Assembly: GCF_006345805.1 (NCBI RefSeq)
Contig: NW_021833298.1
Coordinates: 9,935-73,934, forward strand
Origin: Octopus sinensis
Taxonomy: Eukaryota
Length of the DNA stretch: 64,000 nt
Direction of reading: 5' to 3'
In this document: positions 61,101-64,000 of the stretch, in pieces
How positions within the stretch are numbered: position 1 is the first letter of the stretch
Layout of the letters: every line of letters starts with the position of its first letter
Notes under the pieces: model-generated
What the model was told of the DNA's origin: nothing
The model's input: only the letters and a program-made list of their open reading frames with translations
Database searches by the model: none
Translations under genes and position numbers: made by a program

Positions 61101-64000
61101 CACACACACTGTCTCATATACACTACCTCACACTGTCCCATTTTTGTTGCCTTGAACTGTCTGACATGCAATGTCAGACACTCTCTCAGATATACTCTCC
61201 CATTCTGCCACACACTGTCTCATATACACTACCTCACACTGTCTCATTTTTGTTGCCTTGAACTGTCCCACATGCAATGTCTGACACTATCTCAAATATA
61301 CTCTCCCACACACTGTCTCATATACAGTACTTCACAGTCTCATTTTCGTTGTCTTGAACTGTCCCACATGCAATGTCTGACACTCTCTCAGATATACTCT
61401 CCCACTCTGTCACACACTAGCTCACACTGTCTCATTTTCGTTGCCTTGAACAGTCCCACATGCAATGTCTGACACTCTCTCAGATATACTCTCTCACTCT
61501 TTCACACATTTGTCTCATATACACTACCTCACACTGTCTCATTTTTGTTGCCTTGAACTTTCCCACATGCAACGTCTGACACTCTCTCAGATATACTCTC
61601 CCACTCTGTCACACACTGTCTCATATACACTACCTCACACTGTCTCATTTTTGTTGCCTTGAACTTTCCACATGCAATGTCTGACACTCTCTCAGATATA
61701 CTCTCCCACTCTGTCACACACTTGTCTCATATACACTACCTCACACTGTCTCATTTTCGTTGCCTTGAACTGTCCCACATGCAATGTCTGACACTCTCTC
61801 AGATATACTCTCCCATTCTGCCACACACTGTCTCATATACACTACGTCACACTGTCTCATTTTCGTTGCCTTGAACTGGCCCACATGCAATGTCTGACAC
61901 TCTCTCAGATATACTCTCCCACTCTGTCACACACTTGTCTCATATACACTACCTCACACTGTCTCATTTTCGTTGCCTTGAACTGTCCCATATGCAATGT
62001 CTGACACTCCTCAGATATACTCTCCCATTCTGCCACACACTGTCTCATTGACACTACCTCACACTATCTCACTTTCGTTGCCTTGAACTGTCCCACATGC
62101 AATGTCTGACACTCTCTCAGATATACTCTCCACTCTGTCACACACTTGTCTCATATACACTACTTCACACTGTCTCATTTTCGTTGCCTTGAACTGTCCC
62201 ACATGCAATGTCTGGCACTCTCTCAGATATACTCTCCCATTCTGGCACACACTGTCTCATATACACTACCTCACACTGTCTCATTTTCGTTGCCTTGAAC
62301 TGGCCCACATGCAATGTCTGACACTCTCTCAGATATACTCTCCCACTCTCCCACACACTGTCTCATTGACACTACCTCACACTGTCTCATTTTCGTTGCC
62401 TTGAACTGTCCCACATGCAATGTCTGACACTCTCTCAGATATACTCTCCCAATCTCCCACACACTGTCTCATATACACTACCTCACACTGTCTCATTTTC
62501 GTTGCCTTGAACTGGCCCACATGCAATGTCAGACACTCTCTCAGATATATTCTCCCACTCTCCCACACACTGTCTCATTGACACTACCTCACACTGTCTC
62601 ATTTTCGTTGCCTTGAACTGGCCCACATGCAATGTCTGACACTCTCTCAGATATACTCTCCCACACACTGTCTCATATACACTACCTCACACTGTCTCAT
62701 TTTCGTTGCCTTGAACTGGCCCACATGCAATGTCTGACACTCTCTCAGATATACTCTCCCACACACTGTCTCATATACACTACCTCACACTGTCTCATTT
62801 ACGTTGCCTTGAACTGTCCCACATGCAATGTCTGACACTCTCTCAGATATACTCTCCGACTCTGTCACACACTGTCTCATGTACACTACTTCACACTGTC
62901 TCATTTTCGTTGCCTTGAACTGTCCCACATGCAATGTCTGACACTCTCTCAGATATACTCTCCCACTCTCCCACACACTGTCTCATTGACACTACCTCAC
63001 ACTGTCTCATTTTCGTTGCCTTGAACTGTCCCACATGCAATGTCTGACACTCTCTCAGATAATACTCTCCCACTCTCCCACACACTGTCTCATCTACACT
63101 ACTTCACACTGTCTCATTTTCATTGCCTTGAACTGGCCCACATGCAATGTCTGACACTCTCTCAGATATACTCTTCACTCTCCCACACACTGTCTCATTG
63201 ACACTATCTCATTTTCGTTGCCTTGAACTCTCCCACATGCAATGTCTGACACTCTCTCAGATATACTCTCCCACTCTTTCACACACTTGTCTCATCTACA
63301 CTCCCTCACACTATCTCATTTTCGTTTTCTTTGACTGTCCCACATGCAATGTCTGACACTCTCTCAGATATACTCTCCCACTCTGTCACACACAGTCTCA
63401 TATACACTACCTCACACTATCTCATTTTCGTTGCCTTGAACCGTCCCACATGCAATGTCTGACACTCTCTCAGATATATTCTCCCACTCTGTCACACACT
63501 TGTCTCATATACACTACCTCACACTATCTCATTTTCGTTGCCTTGAACTGTCCCACATGCAATGTCCGACACTCTCTCAGATATATTCTCCCACTCTGTC
63601 ACACACAGTCTCATATGCACTACCTTAGACTGTCTCATTTTCGTTGCCTTGAACTGTCCCACATGCAATGTCTGACACTCTCTCAGGTATACTCTCCCAT
63701 TCTGCCACACACTGTCTCATATACACTACCTCACACTGTCTCACTTTCGTTGCCTTGAACTGTCCCACATGCAATGTCTGACACTCTCTCAGGTATACTC
63801 TCCCATTCTGCCACACAGTCTCATATACACTACCTTAGACTGTCTCATTTTTGTTGCCTTGAATTGTCCCACATGCAATGTCTGACACTCTCTCAGATAT
63901 ACTCTCCCACTCTGCCACACACTGTCTCATTTTCGTTGCCTTGAACTGTCCCACATGCAATGCCTGACACTCTCTCAGATATACTCTACCACACACTATG
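55131..64000. repeat. 106-bp satellite, >80 copies, running off the right edge
   Basis: cacactgtctcattttcgttgccttgaactgtcccacatgcaatgtctgacactctctcagatatactctccc recurs at a 106-bp period, with 85- and 98-bp deletion variants; all ORFs here are artefacts. Confidence 0.98.

Noticed and set aside
55131-64000. Dozens of 60-106 aa ORFs; CRISPR-like periodicity
   Set aside because: Satellite translation artefacts; no spacers

Overview
AT-rich, repeat-dense eukaryotic DNA. The SINE, RTE and Helitron repertoire and the (AAT)n/(TA)n tracts look like an Octopus (coleoid cephalopod) genome; this is inferred from memory of those families, not from a search. The ORF track is mostly spurious or transposon-derived. 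The real host feature is a spliced minus-strand gene reconstructed by hand from GT-AG boundaries and phases. It encodes two tandem PARP14/PARP15-type macrodomain modules, each in 4 exons: module 2 at 19961-12343 and module 1 at 7291-2717. A further Lys-rich exon lies at 1405-1340, and the gene continues off the left edge. A candidate ATG micro-exon sits at 30802-30768 and a candidate non-coding first exon/promoter with IRF-E and GAS motifs near 50.9 kb. Module 1 has a +1 frameshift. Between the two modules the introns are about 98-99% identical while the exons are much more diverged, mostly non-synonymously in exon B. The rest is transposon debris: RTE, R4/Dong, CR1 and Tx1 LINE fragments, tRNA-SINEs, a full-length decayed mariner, hAT and foldback MITEs, Helitrons and LTR-like pieces. 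There are also several long palindromes, two hammerhead-like motifs and two satellites (166 bp x ~38; 106 bp x >80, running off the right edge).
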